From positions 23,154,517-23,189,259 of the forward strand of contig NC_068988.1 in the NCBI RefSeq assembly GCF_001194135.2: a stretch of DNA of 34,743 nucleotides, written 5' to 3'. The position numbers were made by a program, and so were the translations under genes. The stretch comes from Octopus bimaculoides. Lineage: Eukaryota. How positions within the stretch are numbered: position 1 is the stretch's first letter; each line of letters starts with the position of its first letter. The notes under the pieces were generated by a model, which saw only the letters and a list, made by a program, of their open reading frames with translations, searched no databases and was not told the origin of the DNA. Below are positions 1 to 11,802 of the stretch, in pieces.

Positions 1-55
1 CCCTACACCGCTACACATTAACACCAATTGTCTTACTGCACGTGATTTTCGAAAA

Positions 56-91
<36 letters not shown>

Positions 92-462
92 GCATGCACA
101 TACACACACATTCAGCATCCTCCACACACTCCAATTTATCTGTCTAGGTTATTCACATCCATCATATCCATTCATCCATTCATCCGTTCGTCCGTTCATT
201 CATTCATTTCTTCATTCATTCTTCGATTCTGCTTTATTTCTCTTCCACTGAATATTCCTTTCTTCTGTCATTCCTCTATTCCACTACCGCCACCATTACC
301 ACATTTACAATTTACTACTTCTATTGCTGGTTCTGTTGATGCCGCTTTTCAGCTGCTGCTGCTTCTGCCATTTTCTGTTGCTGCTATTTGCTGCTGCTGT
401 TGCACAAGAAACAAGGTAAAGGACACTGTCACAGGCTTCTTGTTGTCAATATATACATACCG

Positions 463-684
463 AAAGTGGCGAGCTGGCAGAATTATGAGCATACTGGGCC
501 CAAATGCTTACCACCATTTATTTTATCCATATTCACATTTAGAGTTCAAATTCCGCCGAGGTCAGCTTTGCCTTTTATTCTTTTGAGGTTGATAAAATAA
601 GTACCAGTAAAACACTGGGGGTTGATGTAATCGAATAAACCCCTCCTCAAAACTGTTGACCCCGTGCCAAAATCGGTAACCAAT
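463..684 (+). mobile_element. Family A tRNA-like SINE, diverged monomer
   Basis: A-box-like TGGCAGAAT, B-box GAGTTCAAATTCC, and the central gcctttcatcc...gataaaataagtaccag motif shared with many copies in the window. Confidence 0.8.
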
Positions 685-697
685 ATATATGTACCAA

Positions 698-1001
698 AAG
701 GCAGTAAGCTGGCAGAATCGTTAGCACGCCGGGCAAAATGCTTAGCGGTATTTCGTCTGCCGCTACATTCTGAGTTCAAATTCCGCCGAGGTCATCTTTG
801 CCTTTCATCCTTTCGGGGTCGATAAATTAAGTACCAGTTACGCACTGGGGTAGATGCAATCGACTTAATCCCTTTGTCTGTCCTTGTTTGTCCCCTCTAT
901 GTTTAGCCCCCTGTGGGCAATAAAGAAATAAGAAACGTTAGCACGCTGGGCAAAGTGCTTAACAGTATTTTGTCCATCTTCCGGTTCTGAGTTCAAATTC
1001 T
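698..1001 (+). mobile_element. Family A SINE, dimeric form truncated in the second monomer
   Basis: Head, core and tail 1, then a second head (aacgttagcacgctgggc...gagttcaaattc) cut off by a family B copy. Confidence 0.85.
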
Positions 1002-1350
1002 GTATGGTAAGTAGCTTGCTTACCAACCACATGGTTCCGGGTTCAGTCCCACTGCATGGCACCTTGGGCAAGTGTCTTCTGCTATAAGCCTCGGGCCGAC
1101 TAAAGCCTTGTGAGTGGATTTGGTAGACAGAAACTGAAAGAAGCCTGTCATGTGTGTGTGTGTGTGTGTGTGTTCCCACACACCACCGCTTGACAACCGA
1201 TTGTTGGTGTGTTTATATACGTGTAACTTAGCAGTTCGGCAAAAGAGATCAATAGCATAAGTACTGGGCTTACAAAGAATAAATCCTGGGGTTCATTTGT
1301 TCGACTAGAGGCGGTGCTCCAGCATGGCCACAGTCAAATGACTGAAAGAA
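1002..1350 (+). mobile_element. Family B SINE (tRNA-like head, CORE-like segment, central TG tract)
   Basis: ggttcagtccc B-box-like motif and tggcaccttgggcaagtgtctt, which resembles the CORE-SINE core. Matches many other copies in the window. Confidence 0.85.
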
Positions 1351-1381
<31 letters not shown>

Positions 1382-2040
1382 AATAAATAGATATATGGTG
1401 TACTTCTTTCACTTTCTGTCGTTATAGTAGAAGCCACTTCTTCAAGGTGACACGGTGCTGGATTGAACCTAGAACCTTGTGGTTGGGAAGGAACCTCCTT
1501 CACCACAGTCACACTTGTGTGTATGTTACGCCTGTCCCTATACATGTATGAGTCCCACAGGTACCTTCTGTATGAAGATCTTATATTTTACTTTAGGTTG
1601 GTGGTGGTGGGGGGTACATATTTGATATGCCAAACTGTAATTAAAGTGTAATGAATTGGAATTATAAATGTAATGAGAAGAAAACTCGTGATTACAAATA
1701 AAAATTCTTTCTCACCAGGGGTGAAGGAGAGACCTATTAGAACTTCAGTCAACCAAATTTTAAATTAAATTGTACATGGTTGCTGACAGGAGCAATGAGT
1801 CAGATTTTTGTTTACTCTGGTGACGACACAGGGTGCGTTTGGAACTTATTGTGTCTTTTCAGCTAGGAGGTCCAGTAAGAAACCTGTCCACACACAAAGT
1901 TAGCTGACCACTGAGTGACTTAATAAAGATTGTGTGTGTGTGTGTGATTGCCATAATTTAATGTCTGTTTCCCATGCTGATATGGGTTCGATAGCTCAAC
2001 AGGAGCTAGCAAGACCAGTGGCTGCACCAGGTTACATGTT

Positions 2041-2178
2041 ACCACCACCGCTTGACAACCGATTGTTGGTGTGTTTATATCCATGTAACTTAGCAGTTCG
2101 GCAAAAGAGACCAATAGCATAAGTACTGGGCTTACAAAGAATAAATCCTGGGGTTGATTTGTTTGACTAGAGGCGGTG
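2041..2178 (+). mobile_element. Family B 3' half, fused to a family C fragment (1955-2031)
   Basis: Aligns to 1181-1318. Confidence 0.8.
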
Positions 2179-2240
2179 ACCTGACATGTGTATGTATGTA
2201 TGTATGTATGTATGTACGAACGTATACATATATGCGCATG

Positions 2241-2275
<35 letters not shown>

Positions 2276-2497
2276 GGTGGTGTTGAAAAGTTTCTGGCTT
2301 TTGGTAAAAGAAAATAGAGGAGGGTCAGTTAATTATGATTTTATTCAACATATTACTCTCTCAGATTCACACACTTATTGCAGTGGTCCTTCAGTTTTTC
2401 TAAGCTCTGTAAAAGAACTCTGAAGTTTGGGTCTCCAAACAGGCCTTTCGAGACACCTTTAAAGCCAGAAACTTTCCAGCACACCCTCATATATATA

Positions 2498-2898
2498 TCA
2501 TCATCATCATCATCATCATCGTTTAATGTCCGCTTTCCATGCTAGCATGGGTTGGGCGATTTGACTGAGGACTGGTGAAACCGGATGACAACACCAGGCT
2601 CCAATCTGATTAGGCAGAGTTTCTACAGCTGGATGCCCTTCCTAACGCCAACCACTCAGAGAGTGTAGTNNNNNNNNNNNNNNNNNNNNNNNNNNNNNNN
2701 NNNNNNNNNNNNNNNNNNNNNNNNNNNNNNNNNNACGTGTCACCCGCACGAAAACGGCCACGCTCGAAATGGTGTCTTTTATGTGCCACCCACACAAGAG
2801 CCAGTCCAGGGGCACTGGCAACGATCTTGCTCGAAAACCCTACAAAGGCCAGTCAGGCGGTACTGGCAACGGTCACGCTCAAGATGGTACATCTTATG

Positions 2899-2903
<5 letters not shown>
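2498..2903 (-). mobile_element. Family C element with (GAT)n tail
   Basis: (CAT)n followed by gtttaatgtccgctttccatgctagcatgg; reverse complement of the copies at 11803 and 23640. Spans a 65-nt gap. Confidence 0.85.
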
Positions 2904-2942
<39 letters not shown>

Positions 2943-2976
2943 TTATATATATATATACACACACTCGCACACACTC

Positions 2977-3136
2977 ACGACAGACTTCTTTCAGTTTCCG
3001 TCTACCAAATCCACTCACAAGGCTTTGGTCAGCCCGAGGCTATAGTAGAAGACACTTGCCCGAGGTGCCACACAGTGGGACTGAACCCGGAACCATGTGG
3101 TTGAAAAGCAAGTTTCTTACAACACCGCCACACCTG
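2977..3136 (-). mobile_element. Family B 5' half
   Basis: Reverse complement of the family B head. Confidence 0.85.
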
Positions 3137-3186
3137 TGATATATATATATATTATTACTATGATTATTATTATTATTATTATTATT

Positions 3187-3398
3187 AAGTTGATGAGCTG
3201 ACAGAATCATTAGCATGCCGGTTGAAAATGCTTAGCAGTATTTAGTTCATCACTATGTTCCGAGTTCAAATCCCGGCAAGGTTGACTTTGCCTTTCATCC
3301 TTCCGGGCTTGATTTAAATAAGTACCAGTTATGCACTGGGGTTGATGTAACCGACTTAATCCCCCTCCCCCAAGCTGCCCTTGCGGAAAAAATTTTAA
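3187..3398 (+). mobile_element. Family A monomer flanked by (ATT)n
   Basis: Head, B-box and core present, with (ATT)n on both sides. Confidence 0.8.
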
Positions 3399-3848
3399 AT
3401 TATTATTATTATTATTATTATTATTGTTGTTGTTATTATATCATGAAAGCTATTTATATTCCCTCCAATTGTTTAATTAATTAGAGACCTCATCTATTTT
3501 CACATTGCTATTTACTGGAGCATAAAATGTTTTTGACTCCAGTGTTTTGAGACTAGCCTCTAATGGATATGCTGCCATAAACCAGTTGCAGTCTCTTTCC
3601 TTTTCTGGTGAAAGAACCCACTTGGGAATAGCTGTAGTCTGTGGGTGTGTGTGTGTATATAAATATTTATGCGATTGTATGTGTGTGTGTGTATGCGTGT
3701 GTATGCATTGGTGTGTGTATGAGTGAATATATTTTCTTATGAATATGTATAATCAAACAGACGTTTGCTCTAACATACAGCCACTTGCATTCACATATAC
3801 ATACATATATACAGGCATACATACATATACATATACCTCCCATATATA

Positions 3849-4054
3849 TTCTTTTATTCTTTTACTTGTTTCAGTCATTTGACTGTGGCCATGCTGGAGC
3901 ACCGCCTTCAGTCGAACAAATCGACCCCAGGACTTATTTTTTGCAAGCCTAGTACTTATTCTATCATTCTCTTTTGCTGGACTGCTAAGTTATGTGGATG
4001 TAAACATACCAACGTCTGTTGTCAAGTAATGGCAGGAGAACAAAGAGACACATG

Positions 4055-4100
<46 letters not shown>

Positions 4101-4680
4101 NNNNNNNNNNNNNNNNNNNNNNNNNNNNNNNNNNNNNNNNNNNNNNNNNNNNNNNNNNNNNNNNNNNNNNNNNNNNNNNNNNNNNNNNNNNNNNNNNNNN
4201 NNNNNNNNNNNNNNNNNNNNNNNNNNNNNNNNNNNNNNNNNNNNNNNNNNNNNNNNNNNNNNNNNNNNNNNNNCCATATATATTCTTTTATTCTTTTACT
4301 TGTTTCAGTCATTTGACTGTGGCCATGCTGGAGCACCGCCTTCAGTCGAACAAATCGACCCCAGGATTTATTCTTTGTAAGCCTAATACTTATTCTAGCA
4401 GTCGCTTTTGCCGAACCACTAAGTTATGGGGATGTAAACATACCAGCATCGGTTGTTAAGCAATGTTGGGTGGGACAAACACAGACACACAAACACACAC
4501 ACACACACACACACATATACAACAGGCTTCTTTCAGTTTCCGTTTACCAAATCCTCTCAATGCTTTGGTCAGGCCCAAGGCTACAGCAGAAGACACTTGC
4601 CCAAGGTGCCACACAGTGTGACTGAACCCAGAACCATGTGGTTGGTATGCAAGCTATTTACCCCACAGCCACTCCTGCGC
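3849..4680 (-). mobile_element. Family B 3' half (3849-4055) plus full family B copy (4284-4680) across a gap
   Basis: Reverse-complement matches to the family B pattern. Confidence 0.8.
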
Positions 4681-4950
4681 ATAATATTAATGTGCATGCT
4701 GAGTGTGTGTGTGTGTGTGTGTTTTGTTAAGTCTTATATCTGCTTTTACATGCTGGTATAGACAAAAACTTGTGGAGGTAGATTTTCTATAGCTGGACTC
4801 ACATCCTGCCACCAACCCTTACCTGTTTACCAATTAAGGTGTTATTTTTTTATACCTATTTTGGTATGTGATCCTTACACTGAATGTTTCGATGCAAGCA
4901 GTGCACACACAGGCACACAGACACTCACACACACACAACCATATCAATAA

Positions 4951-5056
4951 ATAGATAGATAGATAGATAGGAATATAGATACATTTCTTTTATTAGCCAC
5001 ACAGGGCTCAACGAAGATGGGACAAATACAATGTAGAGCTTTTCTTTTTGGGAGGG
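4951..5056 (-). mobile_element. Putative 3' terminus of a non-LTR retrotransposon (E), running into an 848-nt gap
   Basis: The minus strand ends in AATAAA plus a (TATC)n tail, and its 3' ~50 nt align to family A tail 1. No ORF is visible. Confidence 0.45.
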
Positions 5057-5904
5057 NNNNNNNNNNNNNNNNNNNNNNNNNNNNNNNNNNNNNNNNNNNN
5101 NNNNNNNNNNNNNNNNNNNNNNNNNNNNNNNNNNNNNNNNNNNNNNNNNNNNNNNNNNNNNNNNNNNNNNNNNNNNNNNNNNNNNNNNNNNNNNNNNNNN
5201 NNNNNNNNNNNNNNNNNNNNNNNNNNNNNNNNNNNNNNNNNNNNNNNNNNNNNNNNNNNNNNNNNNNNNNNNNNNNNNNNNNNNNNNNNNNNNNNNNNNN
5301 NNNNNNNNNNNNNNNNNNNNNNNNNNNNNNNNNNNNNNNNNNNNNNNNNNNNNNNNNNNNNNNNNNNNNNNNNNNNNNNNNNNNNNNNNNNNNNNNNNNN
5401 NNNNNNNNNNNNNNNNNNNNNNNNNNNNNNNNNNNNNNNNNNNNNNNNNNNNNNNNNNNNNNNNNNNNNNNNNNNNNNNNNNNNNNNNNNNNNNNNNNNN
5501 NNNNNNNNNNNNNNNNNNNNNNNNNNNNNNNNNNNNNNNNNNNNNNNNNNNNNNNNNNNNNNNNNNNNNNNNNNNNNNNNNNNNNNNNNNNNNNNNNNNN
5601 NNNNNNNNNNNNNNNNNNNNNNNNNNNNNNNNNNNNNNNNNNNNNNNNNNNNNNNNNNNNNNNNNNNNNNNNNNNNNNNNNNNNNNNNNNNNNNNNNNNN
5701 NNNNNNNNNNNNNNNNNNNNNNNNNNNNNNNNNNNNNNNNNNNNNNNNNNNNNNNNNNNNNNNNNNNNNNNNNNNNNNNNNNNNNNNNNNNNNNNNNNNN
5801 NNNNNNNNNNNNNNNNNNNNNNNNNNNNNNNNNNNNNNNNNNNNNNNNNNNNNNNNNNNNNNNNNNNNNNNNNNNNNNNNNNNNNNNNNNNNNNNNNNNN
5901 NNNN
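5057..5904. other. Assembly gap (others: 2670-2734, 4101-4273, 6733-7317, 12903-13104, 16475-16483, 22775-22931, 31242-31789)
   Basis: N runs. Confidence 1.
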
Positions 5905-6135
5905 GATTATGGTTATGGAGGTGATGACAGCTGTGAGATGGTGGTGGTGGTGATGGTGGTAAAGCTAGTGGTGGTGACGGTGGTGGAAATAATAGTGGCA
6001 GTGATGGTGATGGCATTGTTTGCAGTCGTGGTGGTGGTGATAGTGATGGTGTTATTTGTAGTGGTGGTGGTGGTGATTGTAGTGGTGATGGTGTTGTTTG
6101 CAGTGGTGGCGATTGTAGTGGTGGTGGTGGTGGTA
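5905..6135. repeat. (GTG/GTGATG)n low-complexity tract
   Basis: Direct inspection. Confidence 0.9.
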
Positions 6136-7317
6136 TTTAAACTGCGCGACAGATTCCGACAGATTCAGTATACCTCCCATCTTCATCATCGTCATCATCA
6201 TCATCATCATCGTGTTTCCATACTTCTGTGTTTCTAAATTAGCATTTCTTCTCTACTAAAGCAAAAATAACCACATCAACAACAACAACAACAACAAAAT
6301 ATTTCAAAAACAAATGCGACAAACTATAACAAGAACAAAAAAATAAGACAAAACTGAAAGACAAAAATCTACAAATTTCTCCGAATTATACCAGCGAGGA
6401 ACAGCCTTAGTCGAAAGAGAGAGTGAAAGTCACCATTCCGTCTAGTGTACCAAAACTGACTTCTATCAGTAACCGTCTTCAGCACTTTAAAAAGCTGGTG
6501 ATCAACAGATCAATATTAACTGAATCAATAAAGTCTTAAAATGTAATTTCCACTCGGTTGGGTCTCACAAGTGTTTTTGTTTCTTTGTACATTTGTTGTT
6601 GTTGGTTTTTTTTTTTTCTTTAAAATATACCAAAAATAAAACTACTGAAAAAAAAAAAAGAAAAAGAAACCAAAAAAAACAACCCATTATATAAACAAAA
6701 ATAAATCCACTTGCAATAACTAAGAAACTTTANNNNNNNNNNNNNNNNNNNNNNNNNNNNNNNNNNNNNNNNNNNNNNNNNNNNNNNNNNNNNNNNNNNN
6801 NNNNNNNNNNNNNNNNNNNNNNNNNNNNNNNNNNNNNNNNNNNNNNNNNNNNNNNNNNNNNNNNNNNNNNNNNNNNNNNNNNNNNNNNNNNNNNNNNNNN
6901 NNNNNNNNNNNNNNNNNNNNNNNNNNNNNNNNNNNNNNNNNNNNNNNNNNNNNNNNNNNNNNNNNNNNNNNNNNNNNNNNNNNNNNNNNNNNNNNNNNNN
7001 NNNNNNNNNNNNNNNNNNNNNNNNNNNNNNNNNNNNNNNNNNNNNNNNNNNNNNNNNNNNNNNNNNNNNNNNNNNNNNNNNNNNNNNNNNNNNNNNNNNN
7101 NNNNNNNNNNNNNNNNNNNNNNNNNNNNNNNNNNNNNNNNNNNNNNNNNNNNNNNNNNNNNNNNNNNNNNNNNNNNNNNNNNNNNNNNNNNNNNNNNNNN
7201 NNNNNNNNNNNNNNNNNNNNNNNNNNNNNNNNNNNNNNNNNNNNNNNNNNNNNNNNNNNNNNNNNNNNNNNNNNNNNNNNNNNNNNNNNNNNNNNNNNNN
7301 NNNNNNNNNNNNNNNNN

Positions 7318-7352
<35 letters not shown>

Positions 7353-7408
7353 TGCACACACAAGCACACACATGTGCTCATACAATGCACAAGGATGCAC
7401 ACATGCTT

Positions 7409-7442
<34 letters not shown>

Positions 7443-7550
7443 ACACATGTGCAAGCAGTCTCGCATACACACTCTCACACACACATACATGAACAAAACC
7501 TAACACATGCACAAGCATGCATGCACACATGCTCACGCATGTTCATATAC

Positions 7551-7585
<35 letters not shown>

Positions 7586-8018
7586 AACACATGAACAGAT
7601 GCTCAGATGCGTGCACACATGCTTACATGCATGTGTGCACACAAGAATGAACACACACACACACACACACATCTTCACATGTTCACACACACACACAACC
7701 ACATGCGAACACATGCATGCTCCCATGTCCCCTCCCTATACTCTTCCCTGAACTCTGCTCCCCTTTTTTTCTCTCTTCTTCCTTCCCCAACCCAGTTCTA
7801 CTTCCTCTCCTCCCACTTCTCCTTCAGACTAACACAGTTCCTTTTTCCTGATCCTATACCTAACTCACCTGTCTATGACCCCACTTTTTTTCCCTTTCTC
7901 CCTTTCAAGTGTGCAATCTCCCACCTTTAACTTGTTACCTATTCCCACCCCCCACATCAAAGACTTTCTCTCTATAAACACCACCACCACCACCATTCAC
8001 ATACACTCTCTCCCTCAT

Positions 8019-8050
<32 letters not shown>

Positions 8051-8330
8051 GCTCTCTCTGCTTCAATCACCAATCTAAGTTACATAATTACAAACTAGAC
8101 AACATTAAATAGCAAAAAAAAAAATGAATAAAAACGCATAACCAAACAAAAATAAATAAATTAAAAGCAAAAGAAAACAACAAAATAAAACAAAACAAGG
8201 AAATATTTTAAGAACTGAAAACAAACAAATTAACAATCAATTAAATAAACAAACAAATACATGATAAAACAAACATCATAAATAAATAAAAGCTAAATGA
8301 ATAAAATGGAAAACAAAATTAACCATTTTC
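7318..8330. repeat. Successive TA, CA-rich, pyrimidine-rich, (CT)n and A-rich low-complexity blocks
   Basis: Direct inspection. Confidence 0.85.
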
Positions 8331-8461
8331 CAAACCACTGCTTTCTTCTGGCTCCTCCTGCACCTCCCATCAACCATTTCATCATATAATATGGACTTGA
8401 ATTAACTTATCAATGCAGTGAATTGGTTGTTTTGTGAGAGAGTTTGCTGGTTTAGAAGGCA

Positions 8462-8780
8462 TCACATCACGTCATCAACATCATCATCGTTTATCGACTG
8501 CTTTCCATACTGCCATGGGTTGGACAGTTTAACCGAGGACTGGCAAGCCAGGAGGCTGCACCAGGCTCCAATCTGATCTGGCATGGTTTCCACAGCTGGA
8601 TGCCCATCCTAATGCCAGCCACTCCAAGAACGTAGTGGATGCTTTTTACGTGCTACCGTCATGGGAGCTAGTCAGGTCGTACTGGCATTGATCACGCTCA
8701 AATGGTACTTTTTACGCACCAGTCAAGTGGCATTGTCATTGGTCATGCCTGAATGGTTCTTTTTATGTGCTACTGACAGT
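8462..8780 (-). mobile_element. Family C, diverged
   Basis: CAT tail and gctggatgcccatcctaatgcc motif. Confidence 0.8.
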
Positions 8781-9022
8781 ATTTCGCTCAGCATGCTAAC
8801 GTTTCTTATTTCTTTGTTGCCCACAAGGGGACAAACAAGGACAGACAAAGGGATTAAGTCGATTATATCAACCCCAGTGTATAACTGATACTTAATTTAT
8901 CGACCCCGAAAGTATGAAAGGCAAATCGACCTTGGCGGAATTTGAACTCAGAATGTAAAGACAGACGAAATACCGCTAAGCATTTCATCCGTTGTGCTAA
9001 CGTTTCTGCCAGCTCGCTGTCT
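8781..9022 (-). mobile_element. Family A, monomer 1 plus the start of monomer 2
   Basis: Reverse complement of the 698-960 pattern, with a short deletion in tail 1. Confidence 0.85.
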
Positions 9023-10092
9023 TAGAATATAAAATTATTGCCTTCAAATGGTACAGAGGTTGTTTTTGTTCCTATTTATTGATTACTCTCAAAGGTAAAA
9101 AATCAAAGTTCGTACTTTGCTGGATTTGAAACCACAATGTGGAAGATACAAGCTAAACATTGAAATACATTGTTTTGTTACTCTGCTATTTTTAACTGTC
9201 AACCCACTTGATTTGTGTTTATTTTTACTAGATCTTGATGCCTGTTAAATGTTTGAGAACAATTTAGCAAATTTCACAAGTATGTCTGTTGTCCTCTGTT
9301 GTCTATTGGGTCATTACTGGGACTTAAATTATAAATATCACATTGTGGTGTGCAAAAGCCAAAACATTATGGACAAACTGGATACCAATTTCACAATAAC
9401 ATGAGATACTTGACAGGTTCTTCTTGACAAGCACTTGATAGTGTCAAGCCCTCAGTTTCTCTGACAGATGATATGTTTGTGTGTATATATAGAGAGAGAA
9501 AGGTGAGAGAATGAGACAGAGGAAGAGGAAAGAATAAGAGAGAGAGAGAGAGGGAGAAAGAGAGAGCTATACAAATAGACATGTATCTCTATAACTGAAT
9601 ATAACTAACTTTCTCTCTCCCTCACTATCTGTCTCTCTCCATTTAGATGTAAGGTATTGCTGTGGCTGTGTGGTCATAGGTTCAGTCCTCTTGCGTGGCA
9701 CTTTGGGCAAGTGTCCTATACTATGGCCTCTGGCTGAATAATCTCTTGTGAGTGAATTTAGTAGATATAAGCTATTTGTTTCTCTGTGTGTGTGTGTGTG
9801 TGTGTGTGCGAAGACAGATATGGTTGAGCAGTTTTTTAGAAATATTACCTTGGAGTTATGGTCCCAAGTTCTAATTCCCTCGCGTGCTACCTTTAACAAG
9901 CCCCTATAATTACATTCTTCATTTATTCTTCAACTGACCCCAAAGCCTTACATGTGAAACTGGAGAACCTTATGTACAACCCTGTTGCATTTGTCAGTCC
10001 AAGGGCCAGCTTTGTTATGATCTGCCTCAGGTCGATTTAATTTGAGAATTATATTAAAGTTTTTGTGGAATCCTCATTTTCTGAAACGCAAA

Positions 10093-10260
10093 CGTATCGC
10101 TGTGTGCTTTAAGAAGCTCACTTTGCAGCCACATGGTTTTGGGTTCTGTCCCATTGCATGGCACCTTCGACAAGAATCTTCTCTTATAGCCCTAGGCCGA
10201 CCAATAATGCCTTGTGAGTAAATTTAGTAGACAGAACCTATGTGGATACCCATCATGTAT
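10093..10260 (+). mobile_element. Family B head, diverged (a similar old head lies at 9655-9810)
   Basis: tggcaccttcgacaag...gccttgtgagt motif. Confidence 0.7.
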
Positions 10261-10471
10261 ACATACATAACATCACACACACACATACATGATGTGGGTA
10301 CTGGAAAATTGTTGACTTTCAGGGTATCGCAAAAAGCCCAATGTTCTGAGTTCTTTTGCAGGGCTTAGAAAAACTGAAGGGCCACTGGAATAGGTGTGTG
10401 AATCGAGAGAGGAATACGCTGAATAAAATCATAATTAACTGATCTTCCTGTATTTTCTTTTACCTGAAAGT

Positions 10472-10619
10472 TTATTTAAAATTATAATTTAGGGTATCTA
10501 TGAGATACCACCATGCTGAAAATAGCAGTCATAACTTGACTCTCAAAACCACCAAGTTTTGACTACTATTTCCAGCGTGGTGGTATCTCTTCGATATCCT
10601 AAATTATAATTTTAAATAA
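10472..10619. repeat. Fold-back inverted repeat, probable MITE
   Basis: Arms 10472-10538 and 10553-10619 are each 67 bp with 7 mismatches and no gaps; 14-nt loop. Confidence 0.85.
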
Positions 10620-10630
10620 TTTTATATATA

Positions 10631-10663
<33 letters not shown>

Positions 10664-11529
10664 ATATGTGTTTGTGTATGTATATATTTGTGTGTGTGTG
10701 TGTATGCATACACGTATTAATGTAGAAAGTCATGCAAATTCACTTGCATTCTGGGTATTCAAGACATTCTGCTTTTCCTGTATCTATTCTTAGTAAAGAT
10801 GCTATCTCTCTCTCTCTCACTCTCTCTCTCTCTCTCTCTCTCTCTTACTCTTTCTCTCTCTCTCTCTCTCACTCTCTCTTTCTTCACACATACTCTCGCA
10901 CACATAAATGTGTGTGTCTGTATATAGAAGTTGCTGTGGTTAGCAATTAGGAAATGGTTTTATGTTTATAAAGGAGATGGTTGATGGTATTGTCAATGGT
11001 ATTGTCAGTGTAGGTGTGGTCTTCGTGGTTTTGGCAGTTGTAATGGTAGTGGAAGTGGTTGTAGTGGGGGATGGTTGTGCTGCAATGGTGATGTGTACTT
11101 GATTGGGTGTGTGTGTGTGTACGTGTCAATACTGGAGGAAGAATTAGAGATGAATGTAGTAGCAGTAGTAGTAGTTGTAGTGGTGGTAGTGGTGGTAGTG
11201 GACACTCTGCTGTTGTTGTTATTGTTGTTAGGACCCCAGGACAGTCCAGATTGGGTGGGACAAGGCAGACTTGTGATAAAGGCATTACAATCAAGACCAT
11301 TCTGTCCTTTTAAGGGTCATCTTAAGAAGACATCATCCAATGTGTCCTTCTCAGTTTCAAGATGGTATGGTGTGATTTGAAGGATATGTAGCTGTCATTT
11401 TAAGCAGGTCAAGAACCATATACAAACTGATTTTTTTTTTTGTATTGTTCTTGTTGTTTAATCCCTAGATCCCTGATCAAGATTTGCTGCGCTTGAGAAG
11501 GTATGTCAGATTAAGTGAAATTGCAGTCG

Positions 11530-11767
11530 TGACCTGTGCCAGTGACACCTGCCAGGCACACGAGCCAGTGACACATAAAAGGCACCTATGCAGGTGACAC
11601 GTATGAAACATCCAGTACACTCTCTGGAATGGTTGGCATTAGGAAGGGCATCCAACTGTGGAAACTAAGCTGAATCAGACAGGAGCTTGGTGCAGTTCTC
11701 TGGTTTACCAGCTCCAGTCAATGTGTCCTACCCATGCCAGCATGGAAAATGGACACTAAATGATATG
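11530..11767 (+). mobile_element. Family C-related older copy
   Basis: aggaagggcatcc...cccatgccagcatggaaaatggac motif. Confidence 0.7.
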
Positions 11768-11802
11768 AAAAAAAAAATGAGGATCAACAACATCTGTCCA
11801 TG

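Noticed and set aside
865-1179. Recurrent ORFs containing [15 protein letters not shown]...EDTCPRCH
   Set aside because: Antisense readings of SINE family B, not a protein family.
1796-1802. AP-1 motifs (also ~14384)
   Set aside because: Single 7-mers are expected by chance in 35 kb.
6361-6560. Unique-looking segment as an exon or LINE remnant
   Set aside because: No convincing splice pair and no recognisable RT or endonuclease motif on either strand.
9232-9279. Plus-strand 48-nt exon with good splice sites
   Set aside because: Stops in all three frames and no other support.
11469-11500. Plus-strand exon IPDQDLLRLR with an AAG|gtatgt donor
   Set aside because: The acceptor region resembles the start of the old repeat at ~11220, and no in-phase partner exon was found.
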